Shown piece by piece: positions 1-13,800 of a stretch of DNA of 64,000 nucleotides. The first letter of the stretch is position 1. Each line of letters opens with the position of its first letter. Under the pieces are notes generated by a model, which was not told the origin of the DNA, did not search any database, and saw nothing but the letters and a program-made list of their open reading frames with translations. The position numbers and the translations under genes were made by a program. The DNA is from Lama guanicoe (Eukaryota): assembly GCA_013239625.1 (NCBI GenBank), contig MU053493.1, positions 1,125,793-1,189,792 of the forward strand, in the 5' to 3' direction.

Positions 1-175
1 AGCTCACACATTGAGTTTTACTATAGAATTCTTACAGAACTGTCCCAAAGCAGAAAGTCGTCCAGACACTCCTCCACCATTCACAGATACTCTATAGCTG
101 TATCCCCAAACATTATAACATAGGATTCTTTCTGACTGCCAACATCCATGGTTTTTACTTTTTGTTACTTTCCTT

Positions 176-375
176 ATCATCTGTTAAGTGCTTGCTGTGT
201 GCCAGGAACTGGGCTGAGCTGATTGAATTAATCCCCACAGAAGCCTGGAAAGGAGGTACTATTACCCTCTACTCCAGCGAAAAGCTGAAAAGCTGAGACG
301 TACAGGTCAGAGGTTTACCAAGGATGGCTCAGAGGGATGCAGGCAAAGGAGTTCACCCGTGGTTTGTGGCTTAAC
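176..375 (-). mobile_element. MIR relic
   Basis: AAGTGCTTGCTGTGTGCCAGGAACTG...TTAATCCCCACAG...AGGTACTATTA...GCTGAG resembles an antisense MIR core. Confidence 0.6.
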
Positions 376-2724
376 CCCGCCGTCCACCAGCTCCTCACCC
401 TCCCACCCGCTCCTGCTCAGTGACCTCGAGCTTATATTTCACTCTTCTCCTGGAGCCTGTCTTCAGGCTCAGCTGTGCCTTCCCTGGAGAAACCTTCCAG
501 TGAAACCTTCCTGATTTGAGGGCAGAGTTCACGGCGTGGTCACCTCCTGCTCCGCAGAATTTCCAGCACAGCGCGGGTGGGTTGCAAGTCTACAGCACAG
601 ATGCTGCATGGGAAAGGGCTCAGCGCTTGCATGTTAAGAGGCAGGCGGTCTGGTCATCCGCTTTAAAAAGCTTGTGTGTGATTCAGAGCAGAGGTGCTGT
701 TGAAAAATTTGTTGGGGGGCTTAATAAAAGCTAGAAGACAATGTTGATATCCAAAATTATGTCATTATTAAAAGCTAAAAAAATTAGCATCTCCATGGCT
801 AGAATGCTTTTCTATTCATATTTTTGTCTCTTCAGCAAGCCATCTGCTTGCATAATTTCACTTCAATTCCAGACACCCACGGGCGGCCCTTCCCTGGTAT
901 CACACTCCCGGCTAGTCTTGCCCTGATTGTCAGGAAAAATCAAATGAGAAGCCTGCTAGTCTCCCTCATTTAATCTTCATCACCATCTTTGAAGTTCATC
1001 GTATTCTCTAAAGCAAGATACTCAGGGACAACTTGTGATCTGTTATAAAGGAGCCAGTGAGGACCAGCCAGGGCCCATGACTGCTCTGCCCTCTCCAGGG
1101 CGCCCACCTGGCTCTGCTCCCCTGGCCTCACTGGAGAGGCCTCCGGGTCCACAGCCTCTACCTGCACACAGGCTCCATCCTTGGCTGCCTCCTCACGTAA
1201 CCCGTGCCTTCTCCCCTCACTGGGTTACTGTGACAGGATCTGCCAGCTCTGGAAATTCCGCTGGAAAGTTGCTATAGAAACTCGCAGTGGGGGTGTTCAG
1301 TAGGATGTGGTGTGAAGCCTCCCGGCTGAGGCATGTGCCATCCCAAGGGGCGGAGGAGGCAGCCACCCTGCTCCTTTTCTGTATAACTCCAGCCTGGAAG
1401 ACAGATGAGAATCTTCTCTCCTCTGAGCTTGTGGGAAGCAATGTTGAGCCCAACTGACTCGGGTCAGAGATCATAGAACGAGGCCCTAGACACCAGTTGT
1501 CTGGGGTGGCAGAGGTGATCAATAGCCAATGATGGACAGAGTGCCAGCCCTCCCATGGATGCTGACAGCCACTCTCTCTTTGTTGGCAGGACAGTGTGTG
1601 GTGGAGAGGGGCCTGCACCCAGCTGGGTTTTGGGTGGTAACCTCCTCCAGCATCCTGCATCCTCTCAAAGACTGCTGGTTCTTGCTTAACAGGTATCGGT
1701 TCCACCCGCTCATCACTCAGTGAGGGCTTGCTGCAGCCAGGGGTGGGTCATCAACTTCTCTGGCTGGTCCCAGAGAGAGAGAGTGAACCACGCTGCTCAG
1801 AGCAGCTCAGTCGAACCGACAGAGCCTTAAACATGGGGGTGGTCAGCCTGAGCTTGAAGCCCAGCACTACCACTTTCTAGCTGCCCCTTCAGTTTTCCCT
1901 TCTTCCCTGGGGTCATAGTGATGTACAAGGTGACCTTGAGGGTTCAGAGAGATGATATGCACAGTCCTCAGCCACGTTGTTCCAGAGAACTTACAACTCA
2001 TCAAAGCCAGGAGCCCTGGAGAGTGAGGAAAGTAGAGGTGTCCTCACCGACTCACAGACTCAGAACTGGCAGCCCGCACTGCAGAAGGGCCCCGGGGTAT
2101 GCAGGGCCAGACGGGTACTCAGGGCACTTGGTCCCCCGTGTTGACAAAGGACCAGATTTTCACAAGGTTGCCTGTGACATTCTCTCTTTTCACACAGTTC
2201 TTAAAATAAATCCTGCTGAAGGGAGGATTTCACAGAGGAGAAGTGACAGATATATCCTGTTCTACATAAGATGACTAATAGCCCACAAATGTCCCCAAGA
2301 AGCAGATGCTGGAGAATGTCAGAGACACAGAAGGCCTTGGAGACATGGCTTGTGGCCCATGTGAGGAACGGGTGGCCCAGAGCAGGCTCTGCTTTTCCAA
2401 CAAGCCACCATCCGTTTATCTGAATACAACAGAGCACCCACTATGTGGGAGTGTTTGCTGAGGATAATGCCAGCTTGGAGACAGGAGGAAGAGATTGTCC
2501 CCTGCCCCATGGGTGTTGTAGTACAATTAAGACACAAGCAAATACAATACTGGGCAGAATGGTAAGAAATACTAAAAGAGAGATATAAACCATGGGATCC
2601 TGGAGACTGAAGGATTGATTTCTTTACTTTGATGGGGCCAGTGGAGAGCGAGGGGGAAGGCAGAAGTGGATAGTCTGAAAGGGCATCGATGGAGTTGTGG
2701 ATTTCTGAGGTTGAACAAATCAGG

Positions 2725-2944
2725 AGTGGTCCTTCCTCGGTACCCATGGGCCACTGGCTCCAGAAGCCCGGCAAAGACCAAAATCCATGGGTGCTCAAGT
2801 CACTTATATAAAAGGGCACAATACAATGTATACAGTTGGTCTTCCCTGTCTACAGGTTTTGCATACACGGATTGGACCCAGAATTTCCACCCACAGTTGG
2901 TTGAACCTGCAGATGGGAAACCCACAGAAATGGAGGGCCAACTG
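2725..2944 (+). mobile_element. Tigger-derived MITE (MER2/MER8-like)
   Basis: CCTCGGTACCCATGGG...CCAAAATCCATGGGTGCTCAAGTC...GTTGGTTGAA...GGAGGGCCAACTG|TA. Confidence 0.75.
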
Positions 2945-3770
2945 TATATATGTATATCAGTATCCAGGAATTATGAAAGGTAAGTACAAGTCAAGTTTTA
3001 AGAAAAAGAAAGCCTGTCTGAACATTATTGTTTAAAATATTAAAAATTGAGGGTAAGAGAGAAATTTGAAAAATGATATGTGATGGAAGATCAGGTAGCT
3101 ATGTTTTCAAGGAATAGTTACTGTTATCAGATGAAGCTGGAGGGAGCCCTGACTAGCCTCCCGTCTTTGAGTGCAATGCTCAAAGGAGAAATAAGAACGC
3201 CTGGCAGAAGTCAGAGGCAAGGCAGACTTGTGGTCTTTCCGAACGTTCAGTGTGTTCCCCCAACTCAGACATAGAACCATCAGTCTTCCTGGATCAAGAT
3301 GCTTCAGCACAAGGTCTGATCAATCAGTGGCTGACCACTAAGTGATGCTGACCCAAGGCGCCTCGGGGAAGCCAGGCTTAAAAATAAAAACAGGATTTTT
3401 AAAAAAAATTAGCAGGGCCATCTTCAGCCGAACACTGTGGGGGAGACCAACCCAGAGAAGTAGTCCAGACAAGTAAGGAAACAAGTCAACAAAACATTTA
3501 TTAAACAGAAACAACAACATTGATCCTGGGGGGAGGGGTGGAATCAGAATCCAGAGTTGCTACATTATTTTGTCTAAAATGTTCAGTTCTCAACAAAAAA
3601 TTAGGAGGCATGCAAAGAAACAGAGAATTGTTACCCATACACAGGAGAAAAAGCAATCAACAAAAACTGCTGTTCAAGGGAGCCCAGATGTTGGACTCAG
3701 CAGACATCAAAGCAACTGTTATAATGAGTTTGAAGGGCATAAATGTGGGAAAATATGTTTAAGAATAAAA

Positions 3771-3820
3771 GAAATGGACACAACATTGAAAACTGACTGT
3801 ACTTCAATAAAAATTTTTAA
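3771..3820 (+). mobile_element. Extremely 5'-truncated young L1 3' end
   Basis: GAAATGGACACAACATTGAAAACTGACTGTACTTCAATAAAA, flanked by an AAGAATAA repeat. Confidence 0.7.
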
Positions 3821-4848
3821 AAGAATAAGAGTGTGAGGATTTATCAAATAGAGGATATAAATAAAGATACAGAAATTATATAAAAAAGACCCTAATAGAA
3901 ATTCCAGAGTTGAAAAATATTGTCATTGAAGTGAAAAATTAACTCCAGTCAACAGCAGATTTGAGCTAGCAGAAGAAATAATAAGCAAACTTGTAGATAT
4001 AGCAATAGATATCCAATCTGAAGAACAGAAAGAAAAAAATGTTTAAATGAACAAAGCCTCAGAGAAGAAAAGAGAAAGGGGTATAAAAAGTGTTCAAAAG
4101 AACATCCAAAAACATCCTAAATTTGATTTAGGAAAACAATCTACATATCCAAGTTCAACAAATTCCAAGTAAGATAAACTAAAAATATCCACACCTAGAC
4201 AAATCATAATCAGTCTGTTCAAAGAGAAAAATCTTTCCAGCAGCAAGAGAAAAATGACTCATTGAGTACAGGGGAACCACAATCAGATTAACATCTTATT
4301 CTGATGAAAATTCTCATCAGAAACAATAGAGACTAAAAAGCAGTGAGATGACATATACAAGTGGCCGAAAGAAGAAAAAGTCTACCAAATAGTATTAAAC
4401 AAATCTACCCTTCAGAAATGAATATGGAATAAAGACATCCCCAGATGAACAACAAATGACAGAATTCATTGCTGCAAGACCTCTCTTGTAAAAAAACAAA
4501 TTCTTTATTAGTCCTTTAGGCTGAAAAAAAGAGAAATGATAACAGATGTTGTCTTGAATCCACTTGAAGAAAGAAAGAGCACTGGTAAAGATAATTACGT
4601 AAGTAAATGTAGGTGACAGTTTAAATACATCATTTCCTTTTTTTCTTGTCTTAATTCATTTAAACACATTTGCATAAAAATTATTACAATCCTATATTTA
4701 TTGTGGAATTTTAACCTGTGTGTACTGTAAATGATAATTATGGCACAAAGGAGAGGGAAGGAAATGGAGCTTTATTGGAAGAAAATATATTTTACTGAAA
4801 TTACATCAATATTGATCTGCAGTTAGTTGAGATAAATTAAGATGCATA

Positions 4849-4922
4849 TTTTATGACTGAAATATGATGCTATATACGAGAAACTGACACAACATTGGAA
4901 ACTGACTATACTTCAATAAAAA
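4849..4922 (+). mobile_element. Short young L1 3' end with TSD
   Basis: GAAACTGACACAACATTGGAAACTGACTATACTTCAATAAAA; TSD AAATTAAGATRCATA (4834-4848 / 4923-4937). Confidence 0.85.
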
Positions 4923-5097
4923 AAATTAAGATACATAATGTAATCTCCAGAGAACCACTAAGAAAATAACACCCAAAATATAGTGAAAACAACAACGATG
5001 ACACAGAAATTAAAAATGGTGAAATAGAAAATATCTATTAATGCCAAAGTAAAAAAAAAAGTAAAGAAGCAATAGAGGAAACAAAAAGTTATGAGTC

Positions 5098-5240
5098 ATA
5101 ATAACGTGTAATAAAAAAGAATCTGAAAAATAGTATATATATGTATTTTTCAGATATATATATAAAATCTGAATCACTTTGCTGTACACCTCAAACTAAC
5201 ACAACATTGTAAATCAACTGTGCTGTAATTTTTTTAAAAA
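5098..5240 (+). mobile_element. Short L1 3' end
   Basis: AAAGAATCTGAAAAA...TGAATCACTTTGCTGTACACCTCAAACTAACACAACATTGTAAATCAACT. Confidence 0.75.
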
Positions 5241-7573
5241 AGGGGAAAAAACAGCAAAATGGCAGATGTAAATATAATCATGTCAATAATTACATTAACT
5301 GTGAATGGACTGAACACTCCAATCAAATCAGAGATTCCCAGATTGGATGAAAAAAAAATAAGATCTAAGATACACAATTTTGATCCAAAGTCATACATAG
5401 GTTGAAATAAAAGAACAGAGAAAGGTGTACACACGTTAAGTAGTAACCACAGGGGTGCTGGAGCAGCTATACTAATATCAGATGAAATGGAGCCATGGTA
5501 TATCCAAATGCATGGGATACAGTGAATGCAGTTCTTATGGAAATTTATAGCTTTGAATGACTGTGTTAGAAAATCAGAAAGATCGCAGTTAATTTTGTAA
5601 GCTCCAGCTCTTAAAAACTAGGGGAAAAAGAGATAACTAAACATAAAGCAAGCGGAACGAAAGAAATAGTAAAAATTAGAAAACCAATTAAACAGAGAAA
5701 AGAAAAGCAATAGAGATTATTAATGAACTGAAAGGTGGTTCTTTGGAAAGATCAACAATATTGCTAAGTCTTTAGGTAGACTGATCAAGAAACAAAGGAA
5801 ACTTAAGATAACCATGAAAGAGAAAGGAGGTGTCATTGGTGACTTTACAGAAGTGAAAGGGAATTATTGTTACTATAAGTTGTTATAAAGAAATACTGTC
5901 AATAAATTTATCACAACAAACTAGACAATTGAGGTGAAATGAATACATGTCTCCAGAGACAAAAATTAACAAAGCAGACTCAGAAAGAAGTAGAAAATGT
6001 GAATACATCTATAACAAGTTAAAAAAAAGATGAATTTGTGATTTTAAATCTTCCCAGAGGAAAAGCATGATTAATCCATCCAGGTGTCCAGTTTAATCAC
6101 TGATCTAGCTGAGGAATCGGCTCTTGGCTGGATGGACAATCATCCTCTTTGCTTCCCCTTCCCTGATATCTGTGCTTTACCTACATTCCTCTGCTTTCCT
6201 GGGGATTACTCTCTTCTTTTCATGGTCTTGGTTTTGAAATCTTACTTCAGTAATGGTCACTATTTCTTCTTTCCTAATGGATGCACTTGAAGTTAGATTT
6301 CCTCTAATTAAGATTTTAACAGTGTCTCTCAGGTACTGCTATGTGGTCACTCTGTATCATTCACTCGTGAATATTTCACAACTTCCCTTGTGCTTCTCCT
6401 ATCCCTTGAATTATTCAGCAATGCTTTTTGTTTTTTCATTTCCAGAGGAATATGGCTTTTTTGGCTATATTTTATCATTGATTTTTATCTTTGACTAGCT
6501 TTTAGATACTATTATCTCTATGAAATAGGCTATTTGGTATTCACTGAGATTGTCTTTGTGGCCTAGTTCCTTCCAACTTTGCTAAAATTCATAGTCTTTA
6601 ATTGGGTGCAGGGTTCTGGATACACTTGTTAATTCAAGCTTGCTAATTATGCTGTTCAAATGTTCTTCACTCTTACTGGTCTTGATTTGCTTGGCTTATT
6701 TATTGAAATGATTGAAATTTCCCTTCATACATGTGGGTACGTCATTTTTTGTTATAATTTTGTACGTTTTTGCTTTTTTTAATTCTTAGTTTGAATAGTG
6801 TAAGTAGGGTTGAATAGTGTTCTTGTGTTTAAGACTCCTTTACTTTTCCTCATCCGTAATCTCACTATTCATGCCCTTTGCATATTTAATTATTGGTTTG
6901 TTGCTCTTTCTCGTCTTGATTTGGAGAAGTGAGTAAGAAAACCAAGCATTTGTCTGTCATATGAGTACAGATGTTTCCACCGGCTTGTCGTTTCTCTCTT
7001 GGCTTCATCACCCAATAGCGCAAAGTCCAGAGTTGTCTGGTTCAGTTTCACAAAATATAGAAACTTACTTGAATTTTTATTGGGATTGAGCTGGAATATT
7101 AAATCTTCCAGTCTATGTGCATGGCACATCCTTCAGTTTTTAAATGAAATGGATGGGAAAAAATATAAATAAAAGAGCAGAAATTAGTAAAATAAAAAGC
7201 AAACATATAGAAAACTAGTTTGTCCTTTGAAAAGACTAGTAAGATTGATAGATCCTGATAAAACTAATTGGAATAAAAAGAAATAATAGCCAAAAACAAT
7301 CAGAACTTAAAAAAAAAAAGGTTGTCAACAACTGCCTTTCTCCTCCAGTAGGCAAATTAAACAAAATGGATGACTCCCCAAAATAATGTACTTTACCACA
7401 ATTGACATAGGATAGAAATATGAACAGCACTAAAAAAATTTAGGTTTAGATTTATTATCCTTCTAAATAAAAACTACAATTCTGAGTGTCTTTACCCACA
7501 AGTGTTAACAAACATTTATGGGGGAAAAAAAAACACTAATCTTACACTTTTTAAGAGCATATAGGAAGTTATT

Positions 7574-7753
7574 GGGGGGAGGGTACAGCTCAGTGGTAGA
7601 GTGTGGGCTTAGCAGGTACAAGGTCCTGGGTTCAACCCCAGGTCCTTCCATTAAACAAACAAACAAACAAACAAACAAACCTAATTAACTACCCCGCCAC
7701 CACCAATAAAACCACAAACCATAATGCAATAAAATAAAATAAAAATTTAAAAA
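7574..7753 (+). mobile_element. Vic-1-type tRNA-Ala-derived SINE
   Basis: GGGGAGGGTACAGCTCAGTGGTAGAG...GGTCCTGGGTTCAA head, (AAAC)n, CCTAATTA body and A-rich tail. Confidence 0.85.
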
Positions 7754-7763
7754 GTAAATCATA

Positions 7764-9516
7764 TAGGTGTACCTTGTTTTGTTTGGCTTCACTTGGTTGT
7801 GCTTTGCAAATATTGCATGTTTTCCAGGTTGAAGGTCTGTGGCAATCCTCCTCCGAGCAAGTCTATGAGTGCCATTTTTCCAGCACTGTTTGCTCACTTG
7901 GTGTCTCCGTGTCATATTTCAGTAATTCTAGCAACGTACATGATTATTACATTTTTTATGGTGATTTGCGATCAGTGACCTTTACAATCAGTGACTTTTA
8001 TTATCACAATTGTTTAGGGGAAACGCAAGCCGCATAAAACTGTGAACTGAATGTCGTGTGTATTCTGACTGCTCTACCAACTGGCCATTCCCCATCTCTT
8101 TCCTTGTGCCTCCCTGTTCCCTGAGACACAACAATACTGAAATTAGGCCAATTAATAACCCTACAATGTCCCCTTCAGTGTTCAAGTGAAAACAGCTGCA
8201 CATCTCTCACTTTAAATCAAAAGCTAGAAATTATTAAGCCGAGTGATGAAGGCATGTCGAAAGCCAAGACAGGCCAAGGGCTAGACCTCTTATGCCAAAC
8301 AGGGAACCAAGTTGTGAATGCACAGGAAAAGTTCTTGTAGGAAGTTGAAAGTGCCACTCCAGTGAACTCATAAATGATAAGAAAGCGAAAAAACCTTATT
8401 ACTGGTATGGAGAAAGTTTTAGTGGTCTAGAGAGATCAAACCAGCCACAGCATTCCCTTAAGCAAACACCTACTCCAGAGCAAGGTCCTAGCTCTCTTCA
8501 ATTCTATGAAGGCTGAGAGAGGTGAGGAAGCTGCAGAAGAAAATTTGAAGCTAGAAGAGGTTGGTTCATGAGGTTTAATGAAAGAAGCCATCTCTAGGAC
8601 ATCAAAGTGCAACGTGAAGCAGCAAGTGCTGATGTAGAAGCTACAGCAAGTTCCCCGGAAGATGCAGCTGAGATAATGAAGGTGGCTACACTGAACAATA
8701 GATTTTCAGTGCAGATGAAACAGCCTTCTATTGGAAAAAGATGCCATCTAGGGCTTTCATAGCCAGAGAGAAGTCAATGCCTGGCTTCCAAGCTTCAAAG
8801 CACAGGCTGACTCTCTTGTTAGCAAATAATGCATCTGGTGACTTCAAGGTGAAGCCAATGCTCACTTACCATTCTGCAAATCCTAGGGCCCTTAAGAATT
8901 ATGCTAAACCTACTCTGCCTGTGCTCTCTAAATGGAGCGACAAAGCCTGGATGATAGCACATCTGTTGACAACATGATTGACTGGATATTTTCAGCTAAT
9001 TGTTGAGACCTACTGCTCAGGAAAAAAAAAAAAGTCTCCTTCCAAAATATTACTTCTCATTGACAATGTACCTGGTCATCCAAGAGCTCGGATGGATATG
9101 TACAATGAGATAAATGTTTTTCTCAAGCCTGCTAACACAGCATCCATCCTACAGCCTGTGGGTCAAGGAGTCATTCTGACTTCAAGTCTTATTATTTAAG
9201 GAATACATTTCATAAGTCTAAAGTTGCCAGAGACAGTGATTCCTCTGGTGGATCTGGACAAGGTAAATTGAAAACCTTCTGGAAAGTATTCACTGTTCTA
9301 GCTGTCATTAAGAACATTCATAATTCATGCGAAGAGGTCAAAATAGAAACATTAACAGGAGTTTGGAAGAAGTGGATTCCAACCCTCATAGATAACGTTG
9401 GGTGATTGAAGACTTCAGTAGAGAAAGTCATTGCAAATGTGGTGGGAACAGCAAGAGAACTAGAATTAGAGGTGGAGCCTGAAGATGTGACTGAATTGCT
9501 GCAGCCTCATGGTAAC
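7764..9516 (+). mobile_element. Tigger1 (TcMar-Tigger) DNA transposon, 3'-truncated
   Basis: TA plus a degenerate left TIR (TAGGTGTACCTTGTTTT), then colinear with the Tigger1 consensus. Translated fragments include [27 protein letters not shown] and [15 protein letters not shown]. No right TIR. Confidence 0.95.
8166..9516 (+). pseudogene. Dead Tigger1 pogo-like transposase (TIGD1-like; CENP-B HTH + DDE remnants)
   Basis: ATG at 8166, in-frame TAG at 8338-8340 and frameshifts. Motifs ADETAFYW and LIDNVPGHP remain; LQPVGQG replaces the consensus LQPMDQG. Confidence 0.9.
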
Positions 9517-9890
9517 CTTTCCTCACTGTCTTCTGAGCCCTCAGACGCATCGTTCTCTGAGTCCAGCCTGAGAGCTTAACCAGCAGTGACCGTCAAGTCC
9601 AAATTCTTACCAACAGTCTGTGTCTGGAGACTTAGGTGTTCCCTTAAGGAATTTAGGATTTTTCTGCGATGCTCTTCACTCCAAGTCCTCACTCCCAGAA
9701 TCCTTCACACCTGTATCTCTAATAACAGCCTGTTCAAGGCAGTCTAGGCTTTTACCATCGTACTCTTCAAGATTCTTCCAGCCTTTGGCCATTGCCTAAT
9801 TCCAAACCTGTAGTCACAATTTTGTTGTTGTTGTTATTTGTTACAGCAAGTACTGAAATCTGTTCCAGATGCTAAAATCTGTATTTGTAT
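9517..9890 (-). mobile_element. MaLR (MLT1-type) internal-sequence fragment
   Basis: TTCCAGCCTTTGGCCATTGCCTAATTCCAAAC...ATTTGTTACAGCA...AAAATC|TGTATT resembles the reverse complement of an MLT1 LTR/internal junction. Confidence 0.6.
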
Positions 9891-10304
9891 TTTTTGTCAC
9901 AGGTGGCACCATCAGGTGTATGTTGGGGACTGGGGGAGATGATGGGAACCAGGACCCTACTTCCCACAACATCTCTCCTACTGGGACCCAAGTCAGAATT
10001 CTGAACACCCAATTATAATTAATAAAAGCCTAATCTGAGACCATAGGGGAAGGAGAAAGCGATGTAGAACTTCCTATCTGCTGTTCCTGGAGGAGCCCAC
10101 AGAGCCTGGACTAGACTTACTCAGCAGATCTCAAACTGGAACATTAGAGGAGAGGTGGAGAAACCCTTTCAACAATCATCCCAGAGAAAGGGTGAATTAC
10201 ACTAGGTGTGTGTGTCTTCATTCCAAAGGGGGACTGAAGGTGGTGAAAGAATGAATTACAACCTGCTTTCTCCCCGACCCCAACTGCTCCCTCCAAAACA
10301 CATC

Positions 10305-10306
<2 letters not shown>

Positions 10307-10335
<29 letters not shown>
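10307..10335. repeat. (CA)n microsatellite
   Basis: About 14 CA units. Confidence 0.95.
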
Positions 10336-10337
<2 letters not shown>

Positions 10338-12754
10338 CTCTGTGAACCACTGCATTTACAGGAATTTTAGCACTTCATGTGAGTCTATTAGTCTCCAATA
10401 AACATACTTGGCATTTATTTTTGGATCTCATCACCCTAATGAAAGGATTGGTGAATGCTTCACAGCAATTACTGCATACGAAATAAATGCATGTATTTAT
10501 TCCTTCTCGATAGTGATGATTAAGAGGGAGTTCATTTCACCATCGTCTAGCAGATGTTTAAAATCTAAATGAACGGACTGCAGCAAGGAACACCCTCTTT
10601 CCAGCCTGACCTGAGGATGATGCAGCTTTAGACAGTGCTGTCCTGTCCAGTCCTCTAAGCATGAAATCGCTCTTCTGTCCTTCCACATCTCACTGTGAGG
10701 ATGAGATAAAGCAGGCGGCAGGCAGATACTGCTCAGGGCAAGGGGAGCTGAGAAATCCTCCCTTCTCATCTGAGAAACCCAGACCCTGAATCTGTTCTCC
10801 ATTTTGGGTTCCCTTTTCCCTGATGATTTGTTTTCCTACTGCAGTTCCATTAAGTGGCATTTGGTAATTATCCCTCTCCAGCAGAAGAAATATATTCATA
10901 CAGAAAAGCTATCTCTAAATAAACCTCCAGTTGAAGTTCTCTCCTGGGAGATAGTTTAAGCAGTGATGGGTAGCTATGGAAATACACTTCGGTAAACTTA
11001 TCTTTGTTGAAGACCATTGACAATTCCCAGTGCACTTACCACCAAAAATTTCTCCTTTTGTAAAGGAGTCATTATACTGGAAATGAGCATCCTTGCCTGC
11101 TGTGTGGCATCCAGGTGATTGGTTTACTGGACCAGGTCAGCACAGGTGCATCACATGGCAGAGTCAGTGTATGCAGGTGTCAAAATTTAAATTCCATTTT
11201 ACATGGAAATATAAACCATGCTCCCACTCTGCCATGGTTGTCAGTGTTTTAAGGAGACAGAATTTCAGCATTTCTCAAAGGCTCAAGGACCAGTGAGGTC
11301 ATCACAGGTCCCAGAGGATCCAGTTCATATTATAGATACTATATAGTTGAAATATGGCCCAATATTTTGGCCATGGGAGGTGGCCTTCTCACCTCTCTGA
11401 AAAACATAGTGAATGATGGTCTTCACCATCACCTCCACCAGTAAGGAGAACGTAGCAGGGAAGTATGGTCACAAGGCAACTGATAAATGCTATTTTTTTT
11501 CTTCTTTTGCTTTATGACTGTATGATAGAGTATTTTATGACCCAAATATAAAATATCTATCTTGAATGTCTACAAATGATATGTACATATTACATAGCAT
11601 TTATTTAAATTACATGTCATTCCTTTTAGATTTCAACACAAAAAAGTTAAGAAACCAATTACACTCAACTAATGAACTCTAAGACCAACATTCTGGTTTC
11701 TTCCTGGGTAAATTCAGGAATTATCTGGCCCTTTCTGCAAGCTAGCACTTGAACTGGCTGCCAGGGAAACAGAGGCATCCTGGAAGACGGGTAAACCTAC
11801 AGGACCTCAGATGTCTCATTTCAACACAGGGACTGCAGGATCCGTGCTAAAAGCAACACCTGAAACAGCCTGGTCTGTGCCTTCTCCACGCAGCCCTCAA
11901 CCGGAGCTCTGGGGCTATTGATTATCTTACCAATAGAATCGCTAAATATACTAGTGGGAACCTCTTGCATGGTTTTACTTTTTCAGATCTCCGTTCTGAC
12001 AGCCTTCCAGGGTAAGCCCTATTTTCTCCATTTCTATTCTGCATTATAAATTAACTGATCTCACAGGTGGCAAGTGGACACGTTATGTCTTCTGTTGAAA
12101 CTTGCTCAGGGAGGAGGAGGGTCAGGCTTGGAAGCACTTGCCATGGGAGCGGCTGAAGAATTACCAACTCTCGCTAAGAGCGTCTGCTAACCCATTCCCT
12201 CTCGCTCTGTTTTTTTCTTTTTTCTTTTTTTTTTTTGTCTTTACAAAGCTCAAGCTTCTAATTTCGTAAACAAAACTACCTGGGGTCATTGGCTTCACTG
12301 TGGCATGAGTGTTGACCGGACCTCTACCGATGAACAGTCAAACCAAATGTAAGATAATTGACATGATTTAAGAGTCATGGGGCAAGATGAGGTCTTCGTA
12401 AACCCAATCTAAATTGAACTATCACCTTTTTAATTTTTTTTCAGTTTCTGTGCTATCTGCGAGTCTCACCTACTGTGATCCATCATAACAAATGGAGCCG
12501 TGATTCTGCAGCGAGAGCGCCCCGGTGTGAGTAGGAAACTGTATCATGTGACTTGCACTTTATAGATAAGAACCCTGCGTCCCACCCCCTGCCTTGGTGC
12601 TCCTCTTAACAGGCAGACAACATTGTCCCATCTTGAAAACATGTAAGCTGAGGCTAAGTGCCTTGCCCAGGGCCGAATCTATGTCCATAGTTAACACAAT
12701 GACACTCAAGGACACGGAGTCAGTGTTTAAAGGCCCAAATATACAATTAATACA

Positions 12755-13800
12755 TAGCATTATGTAGAATATATAATGTATGTATTATATATGAATATAT
12801 AGTAATTATATATTGTACACTAATATATGCTAATGTGTTAATATATTAAGTATATTATAGTAATTTTCAACATATATAATATGTAAATATATAATGATCT
12901 ATTTATATATTAATATTAAATATATGTTAAAATATAATATAGATTAACAAATATATTTAATATGTGAAATATGAAATATCTTAATATAATATATTAAAAT
13001 ATTAAATATGAAAAACTTATATATTAAAATATTAAAAACTAAAAAGACATATTACTAAATGAAAAAGCCAGTCTGAAAAGTCTACAAACTGTACGATTCC
13101 AACCAAATGACATTCTGGAAAAGGCACAGCTACAGAAACAATAAAAAGATTGCAGTTCCCAGGGGTTTGGGGAGGGGGAGGGAAGGAGGAATGAATAGAT
13201 GGAGCACAAGGGATTTTTAGGGCAATGAAATTATTCTGTATTGTATTATAGTGGTGGTTACATGTCATTATGCATTTGTCAAAACCCATCAAGAGTGAAA
13301 CCCAATGTAAGCTATGGACTTTGGTTGATAATAATGTGTCCATGTTGGTTCACTGATTGTACCAAATATGCCACACTGATGAGGGATGTTGAGGGTAGGG
13401 GAGTATATATGTGTGGGTGGGGAGGGCTATGTGGGAACTCTGTATTTTCTGCTCAATTCTGCTGTAAACATGAAACTGCTCTAAAAAAACAAAGTCTATT
13501 AAAAAAATACATATATATTAATTATATTATATATAATATGATTACTACATATTAAGTAATATTATTAATTATATATTACTATAATAGAAGAACATAACAT
13601 AATATGTTAATACAATATAATATGTAATTATTATAACTATGTTAATTAATAATTACAGCAATGAATTATATACTATTAATGCATTAAATATAAATTATAA
13701 TTCATGTAATTATAGCATATTATATTATGTGTTAATTACTGATTGTGTTAATACAGAGTCTACTGGTATAATACATACACTCCTTAATATATACATTACC
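12755..13800. repeat. AT-rich low-complexity tract split by an L1 3' end
   Basis: Degenerate TA/TAA-rich sequence at 12755-13035 and 13508-13800. Confidence 0.8.
13040..13507 (+). mobile_element. L1MC1-like 3' end
   Basis: CATGTCATTATGCATTTGTCAAAACCCAT...TATGGACTTTGG...GGGAACTCTGTATTTTCTGCTCAATT...AAAGTCTATTAAAAAAA. Confidence 0.8.

Larger units (their letters stand above)
3330..6066 (+). mobile_element. Old L1 (L1M-type): decayed ORF1 region and ORF2 endonuclease start
   Basis: A-rich strand. ATCATGTCAATAATTACATTAACTGTGAATGGACTGAACACTCCAATCAAA near 5278 reads IMSIITLTVNGLNTPIK (L1 EN N-terminus); GGTGGTTCTTTGGAAAGATCAAC is a WFFEKIN-like motif. Many stops. Confidence 0.85.

Noticed and set aside
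970..1716. Cluster of minus-strand ORFs (162, 65 and 65 aa) as a possible exon or processed pseudogene
   Set aside because: No recognisable homology, poly(A)/TSD or convincing splice sites.
6200..7560. Further decayed L1 pieces (also ~40920-42260, 46950-47400, 53300-53480) and faint MIR/L2 traces
   Set aside because: Probably real but too diverged to delimit or classify by eye.
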